The position numbers and the translations under genes are program-made. DNA of 63,916 bases, counting the filler. It is 7 parts of 7 records of this genome, joined end to end, with 100 filler letters (N's around TTAATTAATTAA, not from the genome) between each part and the next. Parts side by side here need not be neighbours in the genome. Positions count along the whole stretch, not along the records: positions 18,697 to 25,679 come from SRR20825010_1294; positions 25,780 to 33,080 come from SRR20825010_1295; 5 more parts are not named here. The stretch is one strand, 5' to 3'. Shown piece after piece: positions 19,612 through 29,097 of this stretch (position 1 is the first letter of the stretch; each line of letters opens with the position of its first letter). The notes below the pieces were generated by a model. That model searched no databases and was not told the DNA's origin. It was given only the letters and a program-made list of their open reading frames with translations.

Positions 19612-20355
19612 ATGGGCACCACATTCATCGGGCACGGCGGGTGCGGATCGGCCGCGATGATCCTCCGGCTGTGGGAGAGCGGCCACGCCTGTCACGGGCG
19701 GCCGGACGTCGCATTCTTCCCCAGCGACACCCCCGAACTCACCAAGTCGGCACGCGAGGGCATGCAGGTCCTCTCGGCGCGCGGGTTCGAGGACCATCCG
19801 ACGCCCGAGGCCGCGGCACTGTTTGCTGAGCGTGCCGACGGCTACCGCCTCGACACCCGCGCCTCGATCTTCGACAACATGGCGGCCTACCTCGACCACG
19901 TCGCGGCTCAGGACGCCCACACCTGGCTCTGCCGCGCACCGATGTTCGGGCTGCTGACGCACTGCCGCGATCACCGGGCCGTCTGCCTGCTGCGGCACCC
20001 GCTGCATCAGTACCTCAGCTTCACGCAGCACTACCGCCACGCCGACTGGACCCTGCCCTTCGGCGGCCGCTTCAGCCCCGACGCGGTCCGCTACTTTGCG
20101 CGCGCATGGAACGCCTTCACCGCCGATTGTCTGGACAGCGAGTCCACGATCATCCGGTACGAGTTTGCCCGGGCCGATGCCGCGGGAGACGAGTTCCTCG
20201 CGTGGCTCTTCGAACCGCTCCTTTGCGCCAAACGCTACGACGGTCTGATGCCAGCGGAGATCGAGCACCTGCTCTTCGAACTCACCGAGCCGGTGTGGCG
20301 GAGGATGTACCGGGATTGGGCGCTGACCGGTGCCGCGGCCGCGGCACCGTGCTAG
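19612..20355 (+). CDS. Sulfotransferase-fold protein (divergent)
   Basis: N-terminal FIGHGGCGS loop, LLRHPLHQYLS (RxP..S 3'-phosphate-binding-like), W and IIRYE in the canonical order. Confidence 0.55.
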   Translation: MGTTFIGHGGCGSAAMILRLWESGHACHGRPDVAFFPSDTPELTKSAREGMQVLSARGFEDHPTPEAAALFAERADGYRLDTRASIFDNMAAYLDHVAAQDAHTWLCRAPMFGLLTHCRDHRAVCLLRHPLHQYLSFTQHYRHADWTLPFGGRFSPDAVRYFARAWNAFTADCLDSESTIIRYEFARADAAGDEFLAWLFEPLLCAKRYDGLMPAEIEHLLFELTEPVWRRMYRDWALTGAAAAAPC

Positions 20356-20370
20356 GCCGGAAGCGGCGGG

Positions 20371-22176
20371 CTACAGCTCCACCATCTCCACACCCTCCAT
20401 CTTGCCCGTCTCGACCTGCGGCATGCGCACGTCGGTGACAAAGGCGCTCAGGCCGGGGTAGCGGTCGGCCATCTCGGCCCGCATGTCCGCGGCGTTGAAC
20501 AGGCGGGACCGCGGGGCCACCACCTCGACCGCCTGCGGCACCTGGCCCGGCTGCTCGTCGACGATCACCACGCTGGCGCGGTGGTCGGATAAGCCCGGTG
20601 CGCCGTGGAACTCGGCGATCAGGTCCAGCGCGATCTGGCCCTCGGTCTTGGCCAGCTCGATCACGGGGATCGCCTGCTCGAAGGCCTGCAGCACCTTGCG
20701 CGCGCTCTCGAACGTGCCGGCCTTCTCGGCCCATGTCGCGCCGGGCAGGACGACGTCTGCCCCGTCCACCATCGCCGTGCCGTGGGTGTCGAGCAGGACG
20801 ACGAATCTTCCGCCGCTGGCCCCGCCACCTGTCCCCTCGCTTGCGCGAGGGGCTCTATGGACAGCACTGGTCACCTCCGGCCGGGCCCAGTCCTCGCGGT
20901 AGTTGCCGGTGGCGATGATCGCGCCGATGTCCTCTTCCTTGACGCGCGCCAGGAAGGCGTCGGCGTCGAGCACCATCTGGCCGATCGCGCCGAGCACCCG
21001 CTGCACGCCGCGGGCGTTGGGGGCCTTCTCGGCGTACATCGTGAAGGCCTTGGGGTCGTCGGCCTTGGCCCCCGGGGGGAAGGTCTGGTCCTCGCCGACA
21101 AACGGCACGGGCCCGACGCCGAAGATCGCCTGCGGGTCGATCAGCTTGGCCAGCGTGCCGAGGGCGTAGGCCTCTTCGCACGTCAGGTTCGGGCTGACCA
21201 TCAGCGCCAGGCGCTTGCCGCCGGCAACGGCGTGCTTCAGACCGGCGATCGTGTCCTCGTAGGCCCGCTTGTAGTCGTCCTCGATCAGCGCCCCGTGCTT
21301 GCGGCGCATCGGCGAGCGGAGCCGGTTGTCGGCGTGCACGTGCTTCCAGCCGTAGCGGACCTCGTCGGTGATCCACCACTTGTTGACCGCCATGTTCTCG
21401 CGGGGCTTGATGCGGTAGACGTTGCCCTCGTTGTGCTCGATCCAGATGTTGTCGCCGCTGGCCGTGATGCCGTCGATCGAGGGCGTGCTCCGCAGGAACC
21501 ACACCCGCTGGGCGAACAGGAAGTCCTTGTCCAGCAGCGCCCCCACCGGGCACAGGTCGATCACGTTGCTGGCCAGCGGGTTGTCCAGCGCCTCGCCGGG
21601 GAAGACGTCGATCTCGCTCTTGTTGCCGCGGCCGTCGACGTAAAGCTCGCTGGTGCCGGTCACCTCGCGGGTGAAGCGGACGCACCGGGTGCAGAGGATG
21701 CACCGGTCGGAGTAGAGCAGGATGTTTGTGCCGACGTCCTTCTTGGGCTGCTTGACCTTCTGCTCTTCAAACCGCGACTCGCCGCGGCCGTAGTCGAACG
21801 AGTAGTCCTGCAGCAGGCACTCGCCGGACTGGTCGCACACCGGGCAGTCCAGCGGGTGGTTGATGAGCAGGTACTCCATCACCGACTTCTGGTTGGCGAC
21901 CGACTTGGGCGAGTCGGTGTTGACCACCATGCCGTCCACGGCCGCGGTCTGGCAGGTGGGGAACAGCTTGCCGCCCATGTACGGCTCGAGCTTGCCCTCG
22001 TTGCGCGGGTTGGGCGCCATCGCCTCGCCCAGGCAGATGCGGCAGCTCGCCACGATCGTCAGCCCGTCGTGGTAGCAATAGCTCGGGATGTCGATCCCGT
22101 TGGCGTGAGCCACCTGCAGGATCATCTGACCCTTGGTGAACTCGCACGCAACGCCGTTGATGGTGATGGTCGGCAT
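20371..22176 (-). CDS. nuoG: NADH-quinone oxidoreductase subunit G-like Fe-S protein
   Basis: CYH..CRIC..C, NHPLDCPVCDQSGEC, RCILCTRCVRF and DLCPVGAL motifs. Confidence 0.85.
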   Translation of the reverse strand: MPTITINGVACEFTKGQMILQVAHANGIDIPSYCYHDGLTIVASCRICLGEAMAPNPRNEGKLEPYMGGKLFPTCQTAAVDGMVVNTDSPKSVANQKSVMEYLLINHPLDCPVCDQSGECLLQDYSFDYGRGESRFEEQKVKQPKKDVGTNILLYSDRCILCTRCVRFTREVTGTSELYVDGRGNKSEIDVFPGEALDNPLASNVIDLCPVGALLDKDFLFAQRVWFLRSTPSIDGITASGDNIWIEHNEGNVYRIKPRENMAVNKWWITDEVRYGWKHVHADNRLRSPMRRKHGALIEDDYKRAYEDTIAGLKHAVAGGKRLALMVSPNLTCEEAYALGTLAKLIDPQAIFGVGPVPFVGEDQTFPPGAKADDPKAFTMYAEKAPNARGVQRVLGAIGQMVLDADAFLARVKEEDIGAIIATGNYREDWARPEVTSAVHRAPRASEGTGGGASGGRFVVLLDTHGTAMVDGADVVLPGATWAEKAGTFESARKVLQAFEQAIPVIELAKTEGQIALDLIAEFHGAPGLSDHRASVVIVDEQPGQVPQAVEVVAPRSRLFNAADMRAEMADRYPGLSAFVTDVRMPQVETGKMEGVEMVEL

Positions 22177-22273
22177 AGGGCGGAGTGTAGGGGCCCGGAC
22201 CACCCCCAAACACCCCCGCAGTCACGGTCCTTCCCAAACGAACACCTTGCGGGACCGGCCCCGGTCGGGCCGG

Positions 22274-25200
22274 TCAACAGTCGGACGTCCAGACGTTGAG
22301 GAAGGCCAGCACGTCGCGGGTATCGATGACCCCGTCGCCGTTGAAGTCGCCGGCGGGCTCGCCGCCGGCCCACGCGTTCAGGAAGGCGAGCACGTCGCGG
22401 GAATCGACCAGCCCGTCGCCGTTGAAATCGCCGGGGCAGGTCTGCGCCAAGCCCGTCGCCCACGACACCGCCCGCTCGACCATGGTCTTGCCCGCGTCGG
22501 TGGTCGTCTGCCAGTTGGCGTCCTCCAGGAACAGGAACACGCGGCGTGCGGGGGCAATGTGGCCGCCCAGCAGGACCGCGCCAGCCTCGGCCGCGAGAAT
22601 CGCCGCATCGCCGGGGGCACCCGACCGCGTCGCCAGCACATCCACGCCGGGGGCGATCGCGCCGCGCCCCAGGCTCATGCTCGACGGAGAGGAGAACACC
22701 GCGAGCCCGCCCGGAGACAGGCCCTCGGTGATCGGGTGTGTGTTGTCCACGATGTCCACCAACACCGTGCCGCCCTCGACGCCGTGGTCGGCCGCGAGCG
22801 GCTCGCGGTCGGTCTGCAGCAGGGCGTTCTCCCAGAACACCACCGGGATTTCCTGATCGCGGAAATCGCCGGCGACGTTGGCCGAGAGGATCGTGGAGGA
22901 GAGCACGACCGCGTCGAACTGCGCGGCGATCTCGGCCGCCGTCGGACGCGCGCCGCGATCATCGTCGAAGCTTGTCACCTCGTAGCCCAGCCCGGCGAGG
23001 AAGTCGGCCACGGCCGCGTCCGAGGGCGAGGGCGGCACCGAGCCGCCGATCATCGCCACCGTCGGGAACTGGCCGACCTTGATGTAGCTGTTCTTCTGTT
23101 CGACCACGGCCCCGCTGGTGCCCCTGGTCACCAGGCGCACGGTGTACACGCCGTCCCGAACATAGGTGTGCGACGGGTGCTGCTCGGTGCTGGTGCCGCC
23201 GTCGCCGAAAGTCCAGAGCCACTCGTAGGCACCGGGCACATCGGAAAGATCGGTGAACTGCACAGCCAGCGGGCGGTCGCCGGCGCGTACGCTCGCCGCG
23301 AAGTCCGCGGTGCCGACATAGCGGACGCGGAGGATGTTGGCCCCCCGGTCGATGGGCGAGCCGTAGTCCTGGTCTTTGTAGAGGTCGCTGAAGTAGAGTC
23401 CGTCGGGTCCTGCCGCGATCGCGACCGCGCTGGCCTTGCCCGAGCCGTTGTAGACGACAACGTCGCGCTCCCCCTCCACGAGGTTCCCTTCCGGGTCGAG
23501 GATCCACTCGGTCACCCGCTTGCCCCGGTCCTGGTAGCCGCTGGCCCACGTCGGCCCGGACTCGGTGACGTACGCCCGCCCGAAGCGCTCCGGCGGGAAA
23601 CCGCTGCCGCCGAAGGTCGAGGGCTGCACGAACGCGATGTTGACCGGCGCGTGGGCAGGGTCCCAGTTGTACACCGCGAGGTTCCGCATCGACCGGTCGG
23701 ACCCATCCCAGAGGTAGTTGGTCCCGCGGACCGTCCTCGAGAAGCGGTCCACGCTCGGGCCGTTCTCCACGACATAGTGCGTGCCGTCGGCCTCTCGCCA
23801 CGCGCCGCCGAAGGGGTTCCGCAGCCCGTAGGCGTAGACGTAATCGCGCGCGGTGAGCCCGTCGCTGGCGTTGTAGAACGGGTTGTCGGAAGGCACCCAG
23901 CCGCTCCGATCGATCCGCAGGATCTTGCCGCGGAACGAGTTGAGGTTCTGCGCACGCGACGCGTCGAACCCGTCGCCCATGTGAATATAGAGCATGCCGT
24001 CGGGCCCGAACGACAGGTTCGATATCTGGTGCGACTGGCCCTGGGTCTCCCCCACCATGTCGAGGATCGTCGTCTGCGTCGCGGCCGTCCTCCCGCCGTC
24101 GTTGCTCGTGAACCGGACCACCTTGGGATAGTGCGGCGCGTTGTCGTCGTTCGGGTCGGTGCTGTACAGCATCGCCGCGTACACATCGCCGTTGTCCGGG
24201 TCCACCGCGATGCCCGTCAGCCCCTGCTCGCCAGAGCCGGGGAAGTTGCCCGTTGGATTAAAGTTCAGCAGCCCCGTCGCATAATCGCCCACGGTGCCGT
24301 CTCGCAGCACCACCTTGATCTGGCCGTACAGCTCCGTCACGTAGTAGAACGGGTCGTCGTCGTGGCGCAGACCATGGTCGGGCGCGAATGCAATGTTCAC
24401 CGGAAGCTGGAAACCGGTCGCCACCACCTCGACCCGGAAGCCCGGCTGGGCAACGCTCCACGGCACGGGCGCACCCCGCGCCAGCTCCGCGAAGTCGGGC
24501 TCCTCCTGCGAGAGGTCGCCGACGTAGGTGCTGCCGTTGCTGGAGATCCAGAAGACGGCGCTCTCGCCGGGCTCGAGCGCGGCCGCGGGGAGGTAGACCG
24601 TCACCTGTTCGCCCAGCTCGTTGGTGATGATCAGGTCGGACTCGGGCACGCTCAGGCTCACCGATCCGGCTCTCAGCACGACGCGCGGGTGCGCGTGCTC
24701 CTCAAGGGCCGGCGGGTTGACGATCTCGTTGGAGTCACCGTCGATGCCGCGGAGCTCCAGCAGCAGGTGGCCATCGAACTCGTCCATGACCAGGACGCCG
24801 GGCGGGGAACCCGCCGGCAGCGCCAGCAACACGCCGGTGGTGTCCTCCCACCGGGGCGCGGGGTCCTGGGCGATGTCGATCAGCTCGAGCGGGAAGATGG
24901 CGGACGCCTCGCCGGTCTGGAACAGACGCTCGGCCCAGGGGCTCCAGTCGTTGGGCTCGCCGCTGTCGTCGCGGTGGCGCACGCGGAGCACGTAGTCGGT
25001 CTCGGGCAACAGTTCGCTCCGGCCGGCGTGCGAGTTCACGAACACACCGTCGCCCAGGTGCGAGTGCACCCGCTCGACGCCGCCGATGCACTCGGTGTAC
25101 CACGCGCGCTCCGACGGGCTGACGGTCCAGATCTCCCAGTCGGTGCAGAGGTGTTCATCGCCCGGGTCCGGGTCCGAGAACGGCCCGGTCTCCATGTGCA

Positions 25201-25345
25201 CGTCGGAGGGGTTCAGGATCAGCCCGTCAACCTCCGGCTGCGTGATCAGGGGAGCCGCGGGCGGATCGTTCTGCGCGAGGCAGGGGACCGAGACGACAAG
25301 TACTCCGAGCCAGGCCAACACTTTGGCGCTGCGTGAGATACACAT
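22274..25345 (-). CDS. Secreted glucose/sorbosone dehydrogenase-like beta-propeller with PKD domain and C-terminal dockerin-like repeat pair
   Basis: Signal peptide; GEQGL, FGPDGMLY..GD, GKILRI, YAYGLRNP; PKD WTFGDG..PSHTY; twice DFNGDGxxDxRDVLAFLNxW. Confidence 0.85.
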   Translation of the reverse strand: MCISRSAKVLAWLGVLVVSVPCLAQNDPPAAPLITQPEVDGLILNPSDVHMETGPFSDPDPGDEHLCTDWEIWTVSPSERAWYTECIGGVERVHSHLGDGVFVNSHAGRSELLPETDYVLRVRHRDDSGEPNDWSPWAERLFQTGEASAIFPLELIDIAQDPAPRWEDTTGVLLALPAGSPPGVLVMDEFDGHLLLELRGIDGDSNEIVNPPALEEHAHPRVVLRAGSVSLSVPESDLIITNELGEQVTVYLPAAALEPGESAVFWISSNGSTYVGDLSQEEPDFAELARGAPVPWSVAQPGFRVEVVATGFQLPVNIAFAPDHGLRHDDDPFYYVTELYGQIKVVLRDGTVGDYATGLLNFNPTGNFPGSGEQGLTGIAVDPDNGDVYAAMLYSTDPNDDNAPHYPKVVRFTSNDGGRTAATQTTILDMVGETQGQSHQISNLSFGPDGMLYIHMGDGFDASRAQNLNSFRGKILRIDRSGWVPSDNPFYNASDGLTARDYVYAYGLRNPFGGAWREADGTHYVVENGPSVDRFSRTVRGTNYLWDGSDRSMRNLAVYNWDPAHAPVNIAFVQPSTFGGSGFPPERFGRAYVTESGPTWASGYQDRGKRVTEWILDPEGNLVEGERDVVVYNGSGKASAVAIAAGPDGLYFSDLYKDQDYGSPIDRGANILRVRYVGTADFAASVRAGDRPLAVQFTDLSDVPGAYEWLWTFGDGGTSTEQHPSHTYVRDGVYTVRLVTRGTSGAVVEQKNSYIKVGQFPTVAMIGGSVPPSPSDAAVADFLAGLGYEVTSFDDDRGARPTAAEIAAQFDAVVLSSTILSANVAGDFRDQEIPVVFWENALLQTDREPLAADHGVEGGTVLVDIVDNTHPITEGLSPGGLAVFSSPSSMSLGRGAIAPGVDVLATRSGAPGDAAILAAEAGAVLLGGHIAPARRVFLFLEDANWQTTTDAGKTMVERAVSWATGLAQTCPGDFNGDGLVDSRDVLAFLNAWAGGEPAGDFNGDGVIDTRDVLAFLNVWTSDC

Positions 25346-25501
25346 GAGGATTCTCTCCAGGGAATCGGGCGGGTCGAGTGTACTCCAAAGCGCCCGTGCG
25401 CCAAGTATTCTGTTGCGTGCTCCGGCGAGTCGGGCCGGGCTTGCCTGCGCGCGTGCTGGCACCCCGCAGGAACCGACGGCTCCGCTGCCGGCGCGCAGAA
25501 A

Positions 25502-25527
25502 GAGAACCCGCCTCGCGGCGGGTTCTC
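25502..25527 (-). terminator. Rho-independent terminator
   Basis: Perfect 11-bp stem GAGAACCCGCC/GGCGGGTTCTC, followed by TTTCT on the minus strand, downstream of the stop at 25557. Confidence 0.7.
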
Positions 25528-25556
25528 GGGGGTCTGTCAGAGACTCCGCGTGCGGC

Positions 25557-25679
25557 TTAGCAGCCGGCGTTCCACAGGTTCAGGAAGGCCAGCACGTCCT
25601 GCGTGTTGATGCTGCCGTCGTTGTTGATGTCGGCCGAACCCTCGCCGTTGTTCCAGGCGTTCAGGAAGGCCAGCACGTC
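25557..25679 (-). CDS. 3' end of another dockerin-like-tailed protein (partial)
   Basis: Reads DVLAFLNAWNNGEGSADINNDGSINTQDVLAFLNLWNAGC*. Confidence 0.85.
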   Translation of the reverse strand, partial: DVLAFLNAWNNGEGSADINNDGSINTQDVLAFLNLWNAGC

Positions 25680-25779
25680 NNNNNNNNNNNNNNNNNNNNN
25701 NNNNNNNNNNNNNNNNNNNNNNNTTAATTAATTAANNNNNNNNNNNNNNNNNNNNNNNNNNNNNNNNNNNNNNNNNNNN
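25680..25779. other. Artificial contig spacer
   Basis: N44-TTAATTAATTAA-N44. Confidence 0.99.
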
Positions 25780-25873
25780 CAAAATAAAGCAGCGCGCCAA
25801 GCCGCGCACGAAGTGATAGAAAATCGCCAAACCGCGCAAGCAAAATGAGGTCTGCACCCGCGGCCCTGCTTCT

Positions 25874-25925
25874 GAGGGGTCTTACCCCCAACCCCCAAGT
25901 ATTCTTGGCAAAAAGAACCCGGGGG
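25874..25925 (-). repeat. Rhodobacteraceae-type small intergenic repeat (candidate)
   Basis: Minus strand TTCTTTTTGCCAAGAATACTTGGGGG..GGGGTAAGACCCC right after a stop codon; resembles from memory the TTCTT..AAATAC REP-like elements of roseobacters; only one copy here. Confidence 0.35.
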
Positions 25926-26417
25926 TCAGTCGTTGTCGGTGAGGCCCGCTCCTGCACCGGCAATGCGGGAGGCTTCGCTTTCAGGGACGAGGATGCGCGC
26001 GGCCAGGTGGTTGAGAAAAGTGAACAGGTCTTCCGATATTGTGATCCGGGCAATTGCCGGTCCGGGCGATGGAGATTTGCGGGCGACGGTGATTTGCATC
26101 TGCGGCCCCTCGGGGTGCAGCGTGGTGAGGAAAGGCTGCGCCTCGGCGTAGCTTTGCAGCAGTTCCGTGGCCACATCCGGAGGCAACGGAGTATCGCTGC
26201 AGTCTTCGGTCAGAATACCAATAAAGGCCAAAGGCAGGGTCAGGATCGGCCCCTGCGGAAAGGCCTCAAGCGCGGCTGTCAGATCATCCTCCGACCGGCC
26301 GGCGGCAAGGTGGAACATGGCCGCGCGGCCGAACATGGCCGCCTGTTCCGGTGGTGCCCCCGCACCGCGTGTGGCCCTGGCGGCGAGGGTGATCACCTCG
26401 TTGGCGGATACCTTCAT
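25926..26417 (-). CDS. DUF3726-like protein
   Basis: SANEVITLAARATRGAG N-terminus and SRIAGAGAGLTDND C-terminus; ATGA overlap with the upstream gene. Confidence 0.75.
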   Translation of the reverse strand: MKVSANEVITLAARATRGAGAPPEQAAMFGRAAMFHLAAGRSEDDLTAALEAFPQGPILTLPLAFIGILTEDCSDTPLPPDVATELLQSYAEAQPFLTTLHPEGPQMQITVARKSPSPGPAIARITISEDLFTFLNHLAARILVPESEASRIAGAGAGLTDND

Positions 26418-28057
26418 GCGGCAAAGACCGGCAGCCACCAATCGTCCGCGCCCGGCCCCAGTTCGTCGGCCAAAGGCGCGCCCTGACACAGGGTGATCCG
26501 GGTCCAGCGGTCCGACTTCGGGTCGAACTTGGCCGCGCCAAAGAACGCCAGCTTGCAGCGCAGCATGTCGATAGGCAGGCAGGTTTCGGCAATCAGATTG
26601 TCGCGGATTTCACCATAGGGGTAGCGCGCGGCCATCGCCACACGCCCTGCCGCCAAGGCGTGATCGGGATGGCAGGTCAGGAAGGCGGCCAGCGGCGCAT
26701 TGTCCCCCTTGAGGTCCCGGTAGAGCGCCTTGACCCGGCGACCGATGTCCAGCGGGGTTTCCAGTTCGGCACCCTCCTCGGAAAAGCGCAGGCCAAGGCG
26801 CGGTTCCTGCTTGGCGGCGGATACGTACCAGAACTGGCCGCAGCCCTCTGGCGTGGCGTAGTCGGGTGTCAGCGCCCATTTGAAATCACGCGCGATGCGC
26901 GTGCGAAGCTGATCCGTGTCCGGGACCGGCGCACAAAGCGGGCCAAAGGGATCGCCCATGTTTTCGGCCAGATCATCAACCAGGTCGCCGAATGGTTCGA
27001 TGATCAGCGCGGCCATCAACTCCTGTACATCCAGGCTCGCCGCATCGACCCGGCGCATGGCGGCATCAAGGGGGCGCGGGCCGGACAGGTCCAATGCCCT
27101 GCGCGCTGCGTCCCAATCGCCCCGCAGCGTGACGATGCGGGACTGATGCACCAGATCAGGCACCTCCCATTCGCGCAGATGGGCAGAAGCGCGGGCGGCA
27201 AGAATCCGCAGGCGGTCTTGTTGCGCAGGGGCCAGCCGTGGCAGCGCACGCACACGGGCCAGCGCCGTTTCGCGGGCCTGCACCCAATTATTCAAGAGCA
27301 CCGGATGGGTGACCAGAAAAGGGGCCATGCCCAGCCCGGTCGCATTACCGATACCAAGGTGACGTTTCAGCGCCCGGTCAAGCTTGCCGCCCCCGACATG
27401 CTCGGCCAGATCATGGGTAAAGTGACGGATCAGCCAGACGGTCAGCATTTCGGCGGCAAAGGGCCCTTCCAGCCCAGACCGGTCTGCAATCAGGTGACGG
27501 TCGGCAATGCCGAACTTGCCGTTGCCGTAAACCGCAGTCGTGCGCATCAGGTAGCCGACATCGCGGATCATGTCCGAATCCGGCTGCCGACCTTCGCGCA
27601 GAGCCTGCGTGACATGTGCGAACAGCCGCACGGATTTGTTTGCGCGGCTCAGGATCAGGTCGCGCTCGGTAAACCGCGCTGCCTCCTGACTGGGTGCGCT
27701 GGCAATGATGCGTTCAATCTCTGCCGCGTCGGGGATGCCGTCGTACAGCACATAGGCGCTGTCCCAGGCGGTGGCGATCACCCGGTCGGTGCGCTGATCG
27801 GCTGGCAGATCGGTGGAGACGGCAACCAGCGCATAGTCATGGCCGCCCAGGCGCAGGGTATAGACGGCATGGCCAAAACCGCCTGCGTCCATCTGCCAGA
27901 CGGGTCGGGCGACGGTGACCTTTTCGGCGGCAAGGCGGCGGATCAGACTGCGCAGGAAACTCAGCCGCGTGGGAAACGTCGACCCCATGCGCGCCAGCCG
28001 CATCACCTTATCCGGCGGGCGCAGCGCGGCCTGCGGTGGCGGCGCGGCGTCCCTCAT
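26414..28057 (-). CDS. Conserved hypothetical protein (547 aa)
   Basis: ATGA-coupled on both sides; RTDRVIA..WD, SRANKSVR, GYLMRTTAVYGNGKFG, GIGNATGLGMAPFL, FWYVS..K.EPRLG and KFDPKSDRW blocks. Confidence 0.8.
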   Translation of the reverse strand: MRDAAPPPQAALRPPDKVMRLARMGSTFPTRLSFLRSLIRRLAAEKVTVARPVWQMDAGGFGHAVYTLRLGGHDYALVAVSTDLPADQRTDRVIATAWDSAYVLYDGIPDAAEIERIIASAPSQEAARFTERDLILSRANKSVRLFAHVTQALREGRQPDSDMIRDVGYLMRTTAVYGNGKFGIADRHLIADRSGLEGPFAAEMLTVWLIRHFTHDLAEHVGGGKLDRALKRHLGIGNATGLGMAPFLVTHPVLLNNWVQARETALARVRALPRLAPAQQDRLRILAARASAHLREWEVPDLVHQSRIVTLRGDWDAARRALDLSGPRPLDAAMRRVDAASLDVQELMAALIIEPFGDLVDDLAENMGDPFGPLCAPVPDTDQLRTRIARDFKWALTPDYATPEGCGQFWYVSAAKQEPRLGLRFSEEGAELETPLDIGRRVKALYRDLKGDNAPLAAFLTCHPDHALAAGRVAMAARYPYGEIRDNLIAETCLPIDMLRCKLAFFGAAKFDPKSDRWTRITLCQGAPLADELGPGADDWWLPVFAA

Positions 28058-29034
28058 GACGGGCCAAAGCCCTGTTCGTAGAACCTTTGCCAATTGCCGC
28101 CCATGATGCCGTCGACCTCGGCCACGCTCAGCCCTGTCGCGGTCAGGCCCCGGCGGATGTTGCCGAAATCGCGGTTGTCGTTGAACCAATCGGGCATTGG
28201 CGGAAAACCCGGCTGGCCAGCCGACCCTTCCCCGTAATCCATCGCCTTGGTCCAGCGGCCCACGCGCATCCATTCGACGACGCTGTCGGGCTGGTCCTGG
28301 CACAGGTCCGTCCCGATGCCGAGGTTCTGCGCACCATAGCGCGCGGCGGCTTCTGCGATCATCTGGCAAAAGCTGTCGAGCGTGCAGTCGGAGCCTTGGT
28401 CCAGATGATGCGGATAGACCGAAAAGCCCAGCATCCCCCCTGCCCCGGTCAGAGCCTTCAGCACCTTATCTGACTTGTTGCGCAGGGCAGGATGCCACCA
28501 ATGCGGGTTGGCATGCGTGATGGCGATGGGGCGGGTGGAATGTTCTATCGCCTCAAGCGTGGAGCGTTCGGCGGAATGGGACATGTCGACCACCATGCCG
28601 ACGCGGTTCATTTCCGCAACGACAGCGCGGCCCATCCGGGTGAGGCCTGTGTCGTTGTCCTCGTAACAGCCCGTCGCCAGCAGGGACTGGTTGTTATAGG
28701 TCAACTGCATGAAGCGGATGCCCAACTGGTGGCAGATCTCAACCAAGCCGATGTCATCCTCAATCGGGCTGGGGTTCTGGAAACCAAAGAATATTGCCGT
28801 GCGCCCGGTTTCCTGTGCGCGCGTCACATCCGCTGCGGTCGTGCCTTTGAAGATCAGGTCGGAATGTTCCTCGAACCAGCGGTTCCAGCGTTCGAGGTTC
28901 AGCACCATTTCGCGAAAGCTCTCGTGGTAGGCGATGGTCACATGGACCGCATCCACCCCGCCCGCGCGCATCTGCTCAAAGATGGCGGGCGAGAAATTCG
29001 CATATTGCAGATTGTCGATCAGCGGGGCCTTCAT
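28054..29034 (-). CDS. Membrane dipeptidase family (M19 amidohydrolase) protein
   Basis: QLTYNNQ, MNRVGMVVDMSH, THAN..RNKSD and GIGTD motifs. Confidence 0.9.
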   Translation of the reverse strand: MKAPLIDNLQYANFSPAIFEQMRAGGVDAVHVTIAYHESFREMVLNLERWNRWFEEHSDLIFKGTTAADVTRAQETGRTAIFFGFQNPSPIEDDIGLVEICHQLGIRFMQLTYNNQSLLATGCYEDNDTGLTRMGRAVVAEMNRVGMVVDMSHSAERSTLEAIEHSTRPIAITHANPHWWHPALRNKSDKVLKALTGAGGMLGFSVYPHHLDQGSDCTLDSFCQMIAEAAARYGAQNLGIGTDLCQDQPDSVVEWMRVGRWTKAMDYGEGSAGQPGFPPMPDWFNDNRDFGNIRRGLTATGLSVAEVDGIMGGNWQRFYEQGFGPS

Positions 29035-29097
29035 GCGGGCAGCATGGATCGGCTGATGTGGTTTCTCAATGAAAAACTGGGTGTTGACGCCGTGCTG

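Noticed and set aside
22133-25336. 1067-aa plus-strand ORF, and similar long ORFs at 20605-22299, 7213-8490, 9424-10584, 26660-28081 and 55760-56965
   Set aside because: Antisense shadows of well-supported GC-rich genes, with no recognisable motifs.
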